In this document: positions 27,401-42,400 of the stretch, piece by piece
Numbering within the stretch: position 1 is the stretch's first letter
How the letters are laid out: every line of letters begins with the position of its first letter
Source of the DNA: Perna viridis
Lineage: Eukaryota
DNA: 64,000 nucleotides
Direction of reading: 5' to 3'
Assembly (NCBI GenBank): GCA_037379345.1
Contig: CM074523.1
Coordinates: 30,953,678-31,017,677, forward strand
Program-made: the position numbers and the translations under genes
The notes under the pieces: generated by a model
The model's database searches: none
What the model was told of the DNA's origin: nothing
What the model saw: only the letters and a program-made list of their open reading frames with translations

Positions 27401-30400
27401 TTCACTCTACGTCTGGATTCTTTGTCAAGCTGGAAGGTTTACCATAGCATGCCACTGCAGCACTGCATCTGTAAAAATCTCATCACAAAACATACACCAG
27501 CAATTTTTTTTTCAAATCTCTTAAAAAAGATCACATGCTTTTATTTCAAAAGTAATTCAGTTCTTTTAAAGATCACATGCTTTTATTTCAAAAGTAATTC
27601 AGTTCTTTTAAAATAGTTTTACTTCTGGTTCTTTACTCATGCCATTTTTTTTTTCATGCCTTGATTTTTCATTAAATTCAATTGTCATGCCTTTTTAACT
27701 GGTTCAATAACAGATTGCATTCCATGCTCAATCAATTTGTACATTCTTGTCCAAGTTTAAGACCAATCAGCTGAACTTTACCATCATTGATGTCCAGATT
27801 TTTTTGGAGTTACCTCCCCTTACCTTGTACATATAATTCAGCTGAACATTCAGTTGTTCCCATGGCATTCTTCAGGCGACATGTGATCAGTCCACTGTCC
27901 TCTGGGAATGATTCCTTGATTGTGAGAACTGAACTGTTGGGATTCTTTTCAATCTAAAAATAAAAACACACATAGTTTCCATTATTGCAAAATTCATTGT
28001 GATAAAATTGAACAAAAAGAAATCATAAAGTAACATTATTTAGAAAAGTAGATGGTTGTAGAAAATTTCAGTATTGAAACAAAAAAAAAAAACAAATAGT
28101 GAAACAATCTAGACTTATTATTTAAAAACAATTCTAGATCAATTAGATATTGTTCATCAAAATAAAGAAGTGAAAGGGACCAAAAATGAACCCATTAAGC
28201 ATCTCACCTTGTAGTTCCTAGAATCTTGAATCACCTGAAGACCATTTCTAAGCCATTTGATCTCAGGTTGTGGTTGGCCAGAGAATTGACATTCAAACTT
28301 GGCGCTGCTACCTTCGACAACCAAGGTGTTGGTGATCGGTTTGGTGATGCTTGGTGGCCCAAGTTTCTGGGTTGTTGGTTGTTGTGGTTGTTCTGGTTCA
28401 CTCTCTAATCCTGGAGGTAGAAAAATATATGATGAGACAAAAGACTATTCACAGCAAGCAATGTATACCTATCACATAATTACAGCAAGCTTTCCAATGT
28501 ATACCAATCACATCATTAACCAGATTATTGTAAAATGAACTTAATCTTTGTAAGAATCAGGCAGTAGGTGAATCATGGTGAAAAAAGAGACACAAGTCTT
28601 TACAAGGAACTTTATTAAAAGTTTTATCTGAATTGCAGAAATGGCATTCAATTTTTTCAGTGTCAGTAATTCGAGGTATAAATTATACATGAAATGCATT
28701 GAATTTTCATCATCAAAGGGAGAAAACTCCCCCTTCCCCTTTCATTCTATGGTAACTTTAAACTCATTTTTCTGTGTCCTCTGAAACTTCCTAGATGAAA
28801 GAACTTCAATAGACATAAACTATGTGCCCACATTGTGTTTTTTCTGATTCATCAATTTTCAATTTTGCCTGATTCTTACAGATATCACAAGTTTAGGTTT
28901 GACATCAAATTATGAAGAAAAAAATAAATTCATAACTTACCATGAACTTTAAGGAAGGCTGAAGCAGAAACTTCTCCTGCTTTGTTCCTAGCAACACATC
29001 TATAGGTTCCAGTATCCTCTGGGAAGGCCTCAAGTATGTTCAGACTGTGAGTGCCATCTGGTGTCATCTCCATCTGGAAGTACTTGGAGGGTTTGACAAT
29101 CTGGTTGTTACGGTACCAGTTCACAACAGGTGCTGAAATTGAAAGCAAAAATATTATTCTATAAGTTCATAAAGTCATTAATGTATGTAGCTTAAAGTTA
29201 ACTCTGAACATTCTCATATAAAACATGAAAAATGAACAGATAAAATTTTCAAGAAGTAACTCCTGCCATTTTTAAAGAAAAATTAGAAATCCAAATATTC
29301 AAACACGAACAGCCAATTAATGCAATGGACTCCATATCTTAATAACTTTTTACTACAGAACAGATTAAATAGAAAGATTCCTAATTCTGGAAATGGCAAT
29401 ATAAGCCATCTTACAATCACAAGAAAAAGAAACATCCCAAAATTATTTGATAAAAGTAAGTGATGGCAAGATGAAATGATTTTTACCTGGATATCCAGAG
29501 ATCTTTGAAACAAATGTGGCTGGTTCTCCTTCATCAACCACAATGTTCCTTGGACCTTCCACTATAGATGGAGCCTTGATTGGCTCAATGGGCTGTGGTG
29601 GTTCAAGAGTCTCTGGTGGCCCTACTGGAACTAAACAAAAACATACACTATCAAATCTAGATGTTCATTTTCAATCAACTTGATTTAAGGAAGTCAACCT
29701 TGTTAAGGGACACAACTCTTGAAACCAGTGATATGTTTGCATCAGTTTGCCATCAATGTAATAATAAAAAGAATATGTTGACTATAACATCAAAAAATGT
29801 TAAGATTACAAACCTTTTGTGCCCTGCGAGTGCTATATAAATAACTACCAATTTCAACACAAAGACTAGTAAAAGTCAATTGGAGCATTGATGGCTTTTT
29901 TCAAAGCTTAGGAGTGTATAGTTAATTCATACTCTTAAATCCATTTTGCTATTTAATTAATTTCAACAAAAATTCATCTATACTATTAATCATAAAAATT
30001 TCACAGTAACTAAGTAATGCCTTTTCTAAAATGTAGTTCTTACCTTCAACATTGAGACTGGCAGTACATGTTGCCTTGCCAACAGGGTTCAAGGCCACAC
30101 AACTGTATTGACCTGCATCCTGAGGTTTGACCTCATAGATAAGGAAGGTGTTGTTCTCGTCTTCCTCAATAAACTTGCTACGAGGACTGTCTGGGATATT
30201 GGCACCATCCTGGAGTAAACAAAATTCTTATGTTGATTTTTAAATTCATAAAGACTTATCAATTTATCTAAATACCATAAAATGAAAGGCCTAAATTTCT
30301 CAAATTTCTTCTTGACCTTTAATCTTAAGACATACCAATTTTTCTTTACATGTACAATATTAAAATGAAAAACTACATGTATTTCAGACTATTTTCTTTC

Positions 30401-33400
30401 TAATTTCTTCTAATCCATTACATTAGAGACAAAATTTTAGAAATTGAAAGTATATAAATCTTAAGTTTGAAGATAGGGTTTAATTTTACTAGCATCTTAA
30501 ATTTATAGACCAAATTTTTCGAGGAGGGGGCAGTGTAACGTTGACATACTTTTTGCCATTCAACAGTTGGTTTAGGACGTCCTGTGACCTGGCAGTCAAA
30601 TGTGGCTGGCTCTCCTTCTATAGCATTGGTGTCACGGATCAAAGTTTTAAATTCTGGGGGTATATCTCTTTCAGTTTCTTCTTCTTCTGCAATAAATTCA
30701 TGCATACTCCATTAATATCACATTATCAATATTGATATCCTTGCTTAGAAGTACAAATGCATAAAAAACTAACAAAGAAAGACAACTAACTTATTTACAA
30801 CTTGCAAAAAACATAGACAAAGTACCATCCATTTGAAGAAAATTTATTAAAAAAAAAAACCAAAAACAGCAATACATATTTGCTTAATAGGACTGCATGG
30901 CATGTACTATTTAACAATCAAAATAAACTGGAAGTCCCATCAAATACTTCATTTCAGACAGTTTCTAAATTTACTTTAGACACTCAAAATTTCTTTAAAC
31001 ACTCTTGAATATTTTTCTCTAAGCCAAGAATTCAGTCACTTACCAACTACAGTGAGTTTGGCTTTACATTGTACAGTACCATACATGTTGTAAGCTTTAA
31101 CTGTGAACATTCCGGTATCTTCAGGGAACACCTCTGGAATACTGAGTGTGCTCACTGTCTCTGTCGTGGTGATCTGGAAGTCATGTGACGGCTGGATCTC
31201 AAAGTTGTCACGGTACCATGATATGATTGGTGGAGGGAATCCCTTGAAGTGAACCTCCAGTCTATAAATAGAAAAGCATTGAAAGTTAAAGAAACAATTT
31301 CAAACATAATAAGTTTGATATAAGTCAAAAACAACAACTGTCCATATATTGTGATAATCATTTAACTTTGACGTATAGCCTTTCACTTAGGCAAAAGGAT
31401 TTGACTAGCACTCAAAAGACATGATTTAGGAATGCCTGTCAAAAATTCCTGTCCATTATGTTAGAGTTTCTTTAGGCAAACTTCTTAATCATTTCCAGTA
31501 GTCTCTTTTCATTTTGAAGGATTTACAGCCAGTAAAATAGTTCAGGTAAAAGAAATGGTTTTCCTTTGATAGAATGAACTGGTAAATACAGGTAACTAGA
31601 TGACTGACAAGGAGATTTAAACATCCTATCAGACATAAATTCAAATATCTATGGAATAACCAAAAGTTTCAATCTCCTTGCCAATTTTCATTAAACAACC
31701 CATTCAATTAGGTAATGGTCATTCAATCATTCATCAGGTAATGGTCATAAGATCAACTCTATCCCTCTGAAGTTAATAATTCCAATAGTTGTAACACCAA
31801 ACACTTACGTGACAGGTTTTCCCTCAGTGACTCGTGAAGGTCTGAGAGGTTTGGTAAAGACTGGTGGTTCACGTCTCTCCAGTGTAATAAACGTCTCAGA
31901 GACCTTGGCCTCCTCTGGCTGTTGTTCAGGAATAACAGGAATAATCTTAGCCTTCTGTATGTCAATCTGTATCTCTGGGCGATCTGGTCTGATTGCCCGG
32001 GCAGCAGGCATGGGTGGAGCCTGTTTGTACTGGCTGGAGACACTGATGTACTCCGTTTTCATGATTTCTTTGTCATGTCTCATCTTAACTCTCGTTTCAG
32101 CAGCTGGAACAAGTAATAAGACAATGTAACTATGTTCAATTCTCTAAATTCAAATGTGCAAAATATTTGAAAACAGACCTATTGTATATTCCATTGCACT
32201 GATATTTTTTTTTATTATGGTGAGCATACAATATTAACAAAATACTATATAAGAGGTTATTTTCATGGTGCATTCAATTTATTATCCCCTCTTAACTTAA
32301 AAAATGCCTAAAATATTTTCTTCAGAGTATTTTTTTTTTGAAGACAAGTTGTATGAACACATCATCACTTTTGCATCATCATTCCATATTTTAAAAATCA
32401 TACTCCAACAGAAAATGTAAAATTTTATACATCATTTATTCTAACCTCTTTCTATCTGTTTCAGTTGGAACTCAGTAGCCCTGGGTTTCTCAAAAGCTTT
32501 CTGTAGCTCTGGTGTCCTGAGTTCAATCTTCTGTCTCCTCTCAAGCTCGATCTCAAGTTCTCCTAAAATCAGATAAATATAAAAATTGGAAAAATCTGAT
32601 AATTCACAAGTAAAATTGTGAGACACTCTTTTTCTATTTTCTTATATGATTTAAATTGATTTCAAATTATCCCACCCTTTGTGGTAATACAGGAAGGATA
32701 ATTCAAAAGGATTGTGCAAATATATATTGCAAAAGATTGGTCAGTTTAAAAAACTGATTCTAACTTAATATTCATTAAAATTCAGAAATTTTGATAAAAA
32801 ATAGAAAATATGTATACCTGCCCTGGGTATCATAATAAACTCTTAAATCTTCTTCAAATCCTTGAGTTTTCCTCAAATCTTCAGTTTAAGGTGATTTGAT
32901 TGATAGAATTTTAGTTGAGAAAGGATTTGAGGAAATCTCAGGGATGAAAACAGGCATTGAAGAACTAATCAAGGAAATATCAGGGATGAAAACAGGCATT
33001 GGAGAACTAATCAAGGAAATCTCAGGGATGAAAACAGGCATTGAAGAACTAATCAAGGAAATCTCAGGGATGAAAACAGGCATTGGAGAACTAATCAAGG
33101 AAATCTCAGGGATGAAAACAGGCATTGGAGAACTAATCAAGGAAATCTCAAGGATGAAAACAGCCATTGAGGAACTAATCAAGGAAATCTCAGAGATGAA
33201 AACATTGAAGAACTAATCAATCATATTTAGAAATTTTGAATTATAGAAAATGCAAAGGAAAAATGTTCTTCAAACAATCAGTTTTAATAGTGAACTGTAA
33301 ATTCATTAGAACATAAATGTTTCATTTTGGATGTTTTTTTACAAACAGTAATACTGTGTAACAGAATAGCAAATTACTAAGGTTTTAAATTAGGAGATCT

Positions 33401-36400
33401 CCCTCTCAAAAATGTTTTAGTTTTAGTTTTCACTACATGTTTTAACACAAATTGAAGTAATTTATTATGATTTAAAGCTGAAAATTCAAATAAGATAGGA
33501 AAAATTGCTGCAAATATAGCTAAATCAACCTTTCTGACACAGGCACATGAGCTGGATATTATTTAATTTTTCATGAAACATTAAGAAACTCCAGTGGAGA
33601 CTTTATGGAGTATCATACCTTTAGGAGCTTGTCTGAGTTTAGATCTCCAGTCATCCTTTGGTACAACAGTCAAGTTAGTGTAAGCCTCAGCTTCACCCTC
33701 AGAGTTCTTGGTAACGACTCTGACCTGTCCTGTCTCATACTCTCTCGTCTTCAGAATTGTCATGTAGTGCATCATACCATCGTAGCGCACCTTGTGTCTG
33801 GATCCCTGTAATATAATACGAACATCAGTAACCAGCAAAGACCAAAATATGCCAGAAATAAGTGCATGCAATTTTTTTTTTTTAAATTGCTATCAAACAA
33901 ACATAATCATTTTCCTGACTTCCTGGACGCAGAGGCCTGAATATGAATTCATTGTACAATTTTAATTATTCTAATTACATTTATGCAAAAAAAAGCAATA
34001 AAGAAATAAACACCTTTAAACATCATCCTATTTCTAATCAAATTTTAGATTTTATACTTACAGCAACAATTTGGGTTTCGTTGACCCACCATGTGACACG
34101 TGGACGTGGGTAGCCACTGACTTTGACCATGAATTTAGCCTGATCACCTTCCCCTACCTCGACTGGTTCTGGTTTGAGGTCAATGGAAGGAGGATACCTC
34201 CTCTTCTTTGGCTCTGTCATTTCCTGTTCATCAAGAATCATTGGACTGAAAAGAAAAAAAATATGCTTAGTGTTTATTTTCTGGCAATTGTTATACATTT
34301 TCTAATTTCTCTCCATTCTATATATCAAAACACATTTCAAACTACTTTTGCAACATCTACTCCTTTAAAATCTACAGGATTCCCATTTTCAAGGTTTAAG
34401 AAACCATAGATGAGAGAATTCTTAAGTCAGACAGAGATATCACAAAACAGGTGCAGATTCATAGATTTTTAAAAGAGGAAATTTTAAGGACAATATTAGC
34501 CCTTTTTGCCCAAATAAAGCACAAAATGGAATACTTTTTCTAACAAAGAGGGGTTCAACTGTTGGAAATCTTGCCCCCTGAATCCATCAAAACATTCTGT
34601 TTTTCCTTCAAATCTTTTTCTTACCTTCTCCAATGTTCTTCCATCTCCTGAAGTTTGATGGCTCCTTCTCCTGGTAACTGTGTATCAGATATTACAGCTC
34701 TCTTTCCTAAAATAAAATATAAGATCTTCTGTATGAAGTTTCTTTCCCCTAACTACAATACCTACCTTTTGTACCATATATTTGATATAATTTTAAAAGA
34801 TTTATTATTCCACTATATTTCATAGACATTTACATGTACAAACAAACAATTACATTTGATACTGTTCTACATGTATTTCCAATTGCACTTCTTTAATCAA
34901 TTTTTTTTTCTATTTGCATTTCTTCATGTTGTGTGTGTAAAGATCTGTATGCCCTAACCTTTAACCAAACTCACCTTTGACCTTGACCACACTGGTAACC
35001 TGGTCCTCCCCATACTGGTTGGTAGCTTTGCATGTGTAGGTTCCTGAATCTTCAGGGAACACATACTTGATATCGAGGACAACAAAGCCAAAGTCATATA
35101 AAGGCTTGAATCTGTGACCTAAAAAAATACAATGAACTTAATTGCATGTTTAATGAAAGCTGCAATAAAAGTAACATTACTATTCACAAGTACTGCCAAC
35201 TTGTAGTTACATGTAGATTCCCTATTCACAAGTACTGCCAACTTGTAGTTACATGTAGATTCCCTATTCACAAGTACTGCCAACTTGTAGTTACATGTAG
35301 CGATTCCCTATACACACAAGTACTGCTAACTTGTAGTTACATGTAGATTCCCTATTCACAAGTACTGCCAACTTGTAGTTACAAGTAGAGATTCCCTATT
35401 CACAAGTACTGCTAACTTGTATTTAAATGTAAAGATTCCCTATTCACAAGTACTGCCTACTTGTAGTTACATGTAGAGATTCCCTATTCACAAGTACTGC
35501 TTACTTGTAGTTACATGTAGAGATTCCCTATACACACAAGTACTGCCAACTTGTAGTTACATGTAGAGATTCCCTATTCACAAGTACTGCCAACAAATTT
35601 GTATGGTACTAACCATGATGTAATGGCTGCCCATCTTTGAACCATTCCACTTTCATGGTGGGATCTCCAAATGGTGCCAACTTGCACTCAAAGTGGGCTT
35701 TGTCATTTTCTTTGAGGTTTGTCAGGTCCTTTAATGCAGTCTTAAATTTGGGAGGACGAGCATGTTCCTTGTTGTACAAGTCCTCCTCAGCTGGTTGTTC
35801 ACCTTCACGACGAATGAATTCACGGACTGCGCTCTCTCTGTCCAAGTCCCTGAAAATTAAATAGAAATGATTGTTACAAAGATTCAGTACTGCTATTTTC
35901 AATCTTTTGCCCCCTTTTTCCCTAATAAACAAAAGAATGTAGGAATTAAACCAATGAAGATAATGTTTTATCAAGTACATCTCGCTTTCTTTTTCTTTTG
36001 AGGAGAGATGATCCCAAAGACACTAAAAAATCTGCTACCATAAAACTGAAAACTTTTTTAAAAAAGAACTGAAATTTAAATTTTTTTATTCACACACAAA
36101 TTTTGTTGACATGATTTCAGATATCAACACATGCAATAGCCAGACATGCATTAAATTGGTTAAGGAACAAATTGAGAAGGAACTCATCTGCCATTTCTAT
36201 GAATTACTGGTAAAATTGAACAGACAAGATTTACCAGAACACCAGGAACAGTAAAAAATAATCTCATATAAATGACTATTTTTTTATAAATAGACAAGAA
36301 AAAGGTTCAAAAGAACAAGATTCGGAAAATAAGTCAAGAATATTTAATCTGACATTATCTAACAGTATGATATTTAAAAGGTCATCTCCAACATCACTAG

Positions 36401-39400
36401 AAAGGTCAAGGTCAAGGTAACATGACATTACATGATGGAGGAAAAGTTCAGGTCACATAGTGAAATAGGAATATGGGTTACTTCAAATCAGACAGATTCT
36501 GACATTGTTTAGAAGTACATGTTCAGAATGAAATGAACTATGATTTTTCTGGGAGGATGCAAAAGTATTGATCAAATAGTCAAGGTAAAATGATGACCTT
36601 TGACCTATTGGTGGAATAATAGGAACACACTGTCCAAACCTGATGTGTAACTGTTTAATGGCTGGTGTTCTTATTCTAATCCGTCTCCTATTAAATGAAA
36701 ATCATGAGTTGATCTCAAGATAAAAACAAATAAAAACATACCAATTCATGTATTTATTGGACAGGTGATTCAAAAAGAGATATAGATGTGCAAAACATTA
36801 GAAAAATATAGAAATATTCAAAAAATATTGATGAGTGAAAATGATCAATAAATAAAAAGCAAATTAGTCATAAAACATTCAAAACATCACATGCTAAAAT
36901 AGAAATATAGTAACAAACAAATGAACAAATTTGAGGTTTATTTTTTATTTTATCAATGCATTGCATGTCAAAAACTGGTATCCATTGGTAAGAGATAACA
37001 AGAAGAGTTACATTGCAATGGTAACAGTGGTAACAAGTCATGGTAACCAATGGTAACAAGAAATGGTAACCAATGGTAACCAATTTTAACAAGACATGTT
37101 ACCATAAAAAGGTAACCAATGGTAACAAGACAAATTAAATCACACAGGTTTTTTTTTATATTCAAACAATGATTAGAAAAGCAACCTTGGGAACACAAGT
37201 TTTTTCTTAATCCTGAAATATATAAAGCCATGATTAATTGCAGACAAGAACATTAGTAAACAAGAACACATCTTAAATCGGTTTCATCATAAAACATAAT
37301 ATTCCTTTTATTTCACAGACAAGGAACTTGCATTCATAAAGCAAGAAAGTTCATAATCATCTCTGGCTGAAAATCACACACTCATTAAAACTTCAATACT
37401 TTGCATGTAACATACCAGACATAAACTGGTATAAAGCCAAGCAAGGAACCAAACACAATCTGGTTTACAGTCCTGAACAAAGCCAAACTGAAACCAGTCA
37501 CACAATCTAACCTTGACTGTTCTAGCCTAATTACAGCCTCACTGACGGTGTCAGTACTAGGTTTCCATGGTGATGCAAACACAGCTTCCAACATGATAAA
37601 ATCATCATGAGGATATGGACTCTGGACAATGGATTGTGTCCGTACTGGAATAGTCAGTTTTAGATCTTCCACTGGGATTACTAATTTAGAGGGCACAGTT
37701 GGGAACTTCTCATGAATGGTCCTTGTTGTGATATCAGTTTCATGGACACCTATGCCTGTTGGTTGGTCAGCAGGCAATGTTTTGGTTACAGGTTCTGAGG
37801 ATTTTGTTGGTTTTGGGGCAGGTATTGGCTTGGTTATTTTTTTCTCTGCCAAAACCATTCCTTTTTGTAAAGGCCCTGGGAATGATTGTATTGTTTTCTC
37901 TGTTTTGACTGTCACTTTCTTCTCCTTTTCTTCTAATGGACTGCCTTTTCCTGGTACTGTGACAGTAGTCTGGTAAGTCTGATCAATTGGCTGACCAGGA
38001 CTGCCGTAAGCTGTGACAGTAGTAGTCTTATCTATTTCAGTTTCTCTTACCCACGGTGGATAATCTTGGGGCTTATGTTCATCACCAACTGTTGTTTTAA
38101 CAGTTGTTTCAAATTTCTTGGGAGCAGATTTCCAAACCTTTTTTTCAGCAGTAACAGTGGTCTTTTTATCCACCTCTGTGTCTTTCATCCATGGTGGCAT
38201 AGCAACCTGTGGCTTTTTGGTTGGCACTGGCTTTTTAGGTGCCTCTGGTTTTTTCTTCACTGTTATTGAAGTTTGGTAAGTCTCGTCACTTGGTTGAGGC
38301 ACCTGGCGACCCTCAGCTGTGACTGTTGTTGTGTGTTCGCATTCTGTTTTTTTCATCCATGGTGGATAGTCTAATTTGGGTTGTTTCATCTTGTTGTCAG
38401 GTTTTCTTGGTACAGTCATTGATGTTTCATATTTTTTGTCCGGTTGTTTTTTAGGTGGTTTAGCTTTTCTCATTGAGTCAAGCTCATCCTCAGATACCAG
38501 ACGCAGGTGCCCAGATTCAGTTTCTGAGGCGTAATTAATTTCTTGGACTGGTCCGACTGGCTCTATCTCATACCTGAAGTAAAATCTGTTTGTATAATAC
38601 CAGTAACATGTACGAGTGCTATAAAAATGTTAGTTTCATTAGCACTTTGCAGTTAATTGCAAATATCCATTTTTTATAAAGTTTCACCTATACTGTTGTC
38701 AACACTGCAATTTTATACCAATAGCCAAAATTTGATATGTTGAATAGAAAATGTAATATTTTAATGCATTTTGAAAATCATACCCTTATAGAACTTTTTC
38801 ATGATAGAACCAAAAAATACAGTGACACCTGTCTAATCTGAACACTTTTTAGTTGTTTTTTCTTTTTTCCAGTTTAGTCACAAAACTAGGGACCAACTTT
38901 TCATGATGTCTGTTTTCGAAAGCTGACTGGTTTATTCAGGGTATAGTTAAGACAGGTTTAACTGTAAAAGAAGGGGAAATGAGATTTGATATATATGAAT
39001 AAAATAAAAATTTAAGGATTTTTCAAAGCAAAGTTCAGAAAGCAGCAGCATTGCAATTCTAAGCAAATGGGAGAAGCAGCCTTCCCAGAATGCAAAGCAT
39101 ATAATCAAAGGGGAATAACCTTGGAGGACTGCCTGGTTCTACTGGTTTCTTTCCAGGCTTCAGAGGTTTTACACCAGTCTGATCCGGTTTCTTATCTACT
39201 AATACTGATGTTTCATAGGTCTGGTCTGGTTGTTTAGGGACATGTCTGCCCTCTGTTGTATACTTTGTGGTAGTTGTTTCTTCATAGTCAGTTTCTCTGA
39301 CCCATGGAGTTAGTCCTTCCTCAGGCTGTTTCCTCAGATCTGATGGTTTCACACCAACAGTAATGGAGGTTTCATCAGTCTCATCCATTGTTTGTTCAGG

Positions 39401-42400
39401 ACCTTGACCCCTCTGTTGTTCAATAGAGGTCATGGTCTTATCTACAAGTTTGGCCTTAACCCAAGGTGGGAAGGTCAACTGTGGGGGACCAGTTTCATCA
39501 TCTGGTTTTGTGTCTACAGACATGGATGTCTCAAATGTCTTGTCTGATGGCTGAGGTATTTGGCGACCTTCAGCAGTCATTGTAGTGTTTTGTTCCCACT
39601 GTGTCTCCCTGGTCCATGGTGGATAAAATTGTTCTGGTTGTGGTATGTCCTTCTCAACCTTTTTGTCAACTGAAATTCTGGTTTCATATTTTTGAACAGT
39701 TGTCGTAGGTTTATCTGGAGAGTGTGGTTTCCTTTCTTCCTCAGGAACGAGACGTAGATATCCTGATTCAGTTTCTGAGGCATATGTTATTTGCTGGACA
39801 GGTCCTTCTTCTTCTATTTCATATCTAAAGTTAAAAAGTTTACTCATTCAAGGGATACTTACTTCATACCGAGTGTAATGTGTAATTAATAAGAAGTATT
39901 TGTATTACATCATTTTATTTATGAAATCAGATTCCTTTCAAAAGAGAAAAAAATTGTTTTCAGAACATAATCTTTAAGGTAAACTTTTTTTTTTATAATA
40001 AAGAAGATTAAAATACTATCTTGATTTTCATATCATTTGCATTATCATAAAATGTTTATGCCTATAAAATTTTCAAAGGGGAATAACCTTGGAGGACTGC
40101 CTGGTTCTACTGGTTTCTTTCCAGGCTTCAGAGGTTTTACACCAGTCTGATCTGGTGTCTTATCTACTAATACTGATGTTTCATAGGTCTGGTCTGGTTG
40201 TTTAGGGACATGTCTGCCCTCTGTTGTATACTTTGTGGTAGTTGTGTCTTCATAGTCAGTTTCTCTGACCCATGGAGTTAGTCCTTCCTCAGGCTGTTTC
40301 CTCAGATCTGATGGTTTCACACCAACAGTAATGGAGGTTTCATCAGTCTCATCCAGTGGTTGTTCAGGACCTTGACCCCTCTGTTGTTCAATAGAGGTCA
40401 TGGTCTTATCTACAAGTTTGGCCTTAACCCAAGGTGGGAAGGTCAACTGTGGGGGACCAGTTTCATCATCTGGTTTTGTGTCTACAGATATGGATGTCTC
40501 AAATGTCTGGTCTGATGGCTGAGGAATTTGGCGACCTTCAGCAGTCATTGTAGTTTTTTGTTCCCACTGTGTCTCCCTGGTCCATGGTGGATAAAATTGT
40601 TCTGGTTGTGGTATGTCCTTCTCAACCTTTTTGTCAACTGAAATTCTGGTTTCATATTTTTTAACAGTTTTTGGTGGTTTATCTGTAGAACTTGGTCTCC
40701 TATCTTCCTCTGGGACAAGACGTAAATATCCTGATTCAGTTTCAGAGGCATATGTTATCTCCTGAACTGGTCCTTCTTCTTCTATTTCATATCTATAGCA
40801 AAATTAATTGTTTTAAATGTATTGATATGCCATTATCTTGGTACTTGCGTACACTTCCTTGATATGTCATTATCTTGATACTTGCAAACATTTCATTTTA
40901 CACATTTATCAGAAGATTTTTTTATTTCTTTATTTAAAATCATAATAATTTTATCTAAATAATATTAATTTATTAATTTATCATTTCTTATCTAAATTCA
41001 TTGCAATTTAAAGATAGAAGATTTTTCACATTTATAGTAAATCTATGGCAATAACCTAGGAGGACTGCCAGGTTGAACTGGTGGTTTCCTGTCTGGCTTC
41101 TTTTCTTCCGATGTCACAGATGTTGTTTGTTGCCAATCTGTTTCCTTCACCCAGGGTGGATATTGGGAACCAGGCTGCTGTTTTGTCTCAACTGGCTTTC
41201 TGGCCACTAAAACTGATGACTCGTAAATCTGATCTGGTTGTTTAGGGACATGTCTGCCCTCAGTTGTGAATTCTGTGGTAGTTCTTTCTTCATATTCAGT
41301 TTCCCTGACCCATGGAGGTAGTCCTTCATCTGGCTGTTTCTTCAAGTCTGAGGGTTTCACACTAATTGTCATAGACGTCTCATGTGTTTCATCTACAGGT
41401 CTTTCTGGTGTTCTTCTTTCTTCAGTCACTGTAGTTGTCTGTGTGACCTCAGTGTCCTTGACCCATGGTGGGAATGTCACTTTTGGTTTCTTATCTTTAG
41501 TTGGTTGCTTACTTACAATATTTGTGTAAGATGGCTTTTCTGGACTTCTCCTCTCCTCTACCACTGTTCTTGTTTGTGTGACCTCAGTGCCCTTGGCCCA
41601 GGGTGGGAATGACCCTTTAGCTTTTTTCTTTTCAGCTTCATCTGGCTTCAGTGGCTTTTGACCTTTCTGTTGTTCAACAGCCTTATCTACAAGCTTTGCC
41701 TTGACCCAAGGTGGAAAGGTCAACTGTGGGGGACCAGTCTCATCATCTGTCACTGTTGTTTCATACACCTGATCAGGAGGACCCTCTCCTGTAATAGTTG
41801 TTTTCTTTTCATATTCAGTTTCTGTTACCCAAGGTAGATAACTGTCTTTTGATTTTACAGGCTTGTCTTCTGTTTTTTTGTTTACTGTTACTTCAGATAT
41901 GTAGGTCTGGTCTGGTTTTGGCTGTTGTCCTGTTGATGACTTCTTGGGTGTGTCCAGTTCATCTTCTGATACAAAGCGTAGATATCCAGATTCAGTTTCA
42001 GAAGCATAGTTGATCTCCTGTACTGGACCTACAGGTTCTATTTGATAGCTGTAGAAAATCATAATAATGGTTCTACACTTATGAAGTCAAGTTTTCTTTT
42101 AAACCTAAAATTTCAAGTTTTGCTAATCACCAAAATTAATTTTTTTTTATTAACTAAGATATTATTTATTTTCCTTATCATGAAAAACTGATTGTCAAAC
42201 ATTAATTTTTTTGAAGTAGGAATATGAAATTTAATATTTTTTTTTAAAGTTATATTACAACTAAAATATTTATCTTTTCCTAAATAGTTATATCTAAACT
42301 TATATAAGTAAATCATGGTTTCAATATAAAGATAAATCAATGTCAATAACCTTGGTGGGCTTCCAGGTTTTACTGGTGCTTTCTGAGTTGATTTCTTCGA

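Noticed and set aside
32896-33216. ORF with ELIKEISGMKTGI repeats
   Set aside because: Translation of an intronic 42-bp minisatellite with no fitting splice context
35180-35593. Regularly spaced partly palindromic repeats suggesting CRISPR
   Set aside because: Head-to-tail units with no unique spacers, no cas genes, and located in a eukaryotic intron
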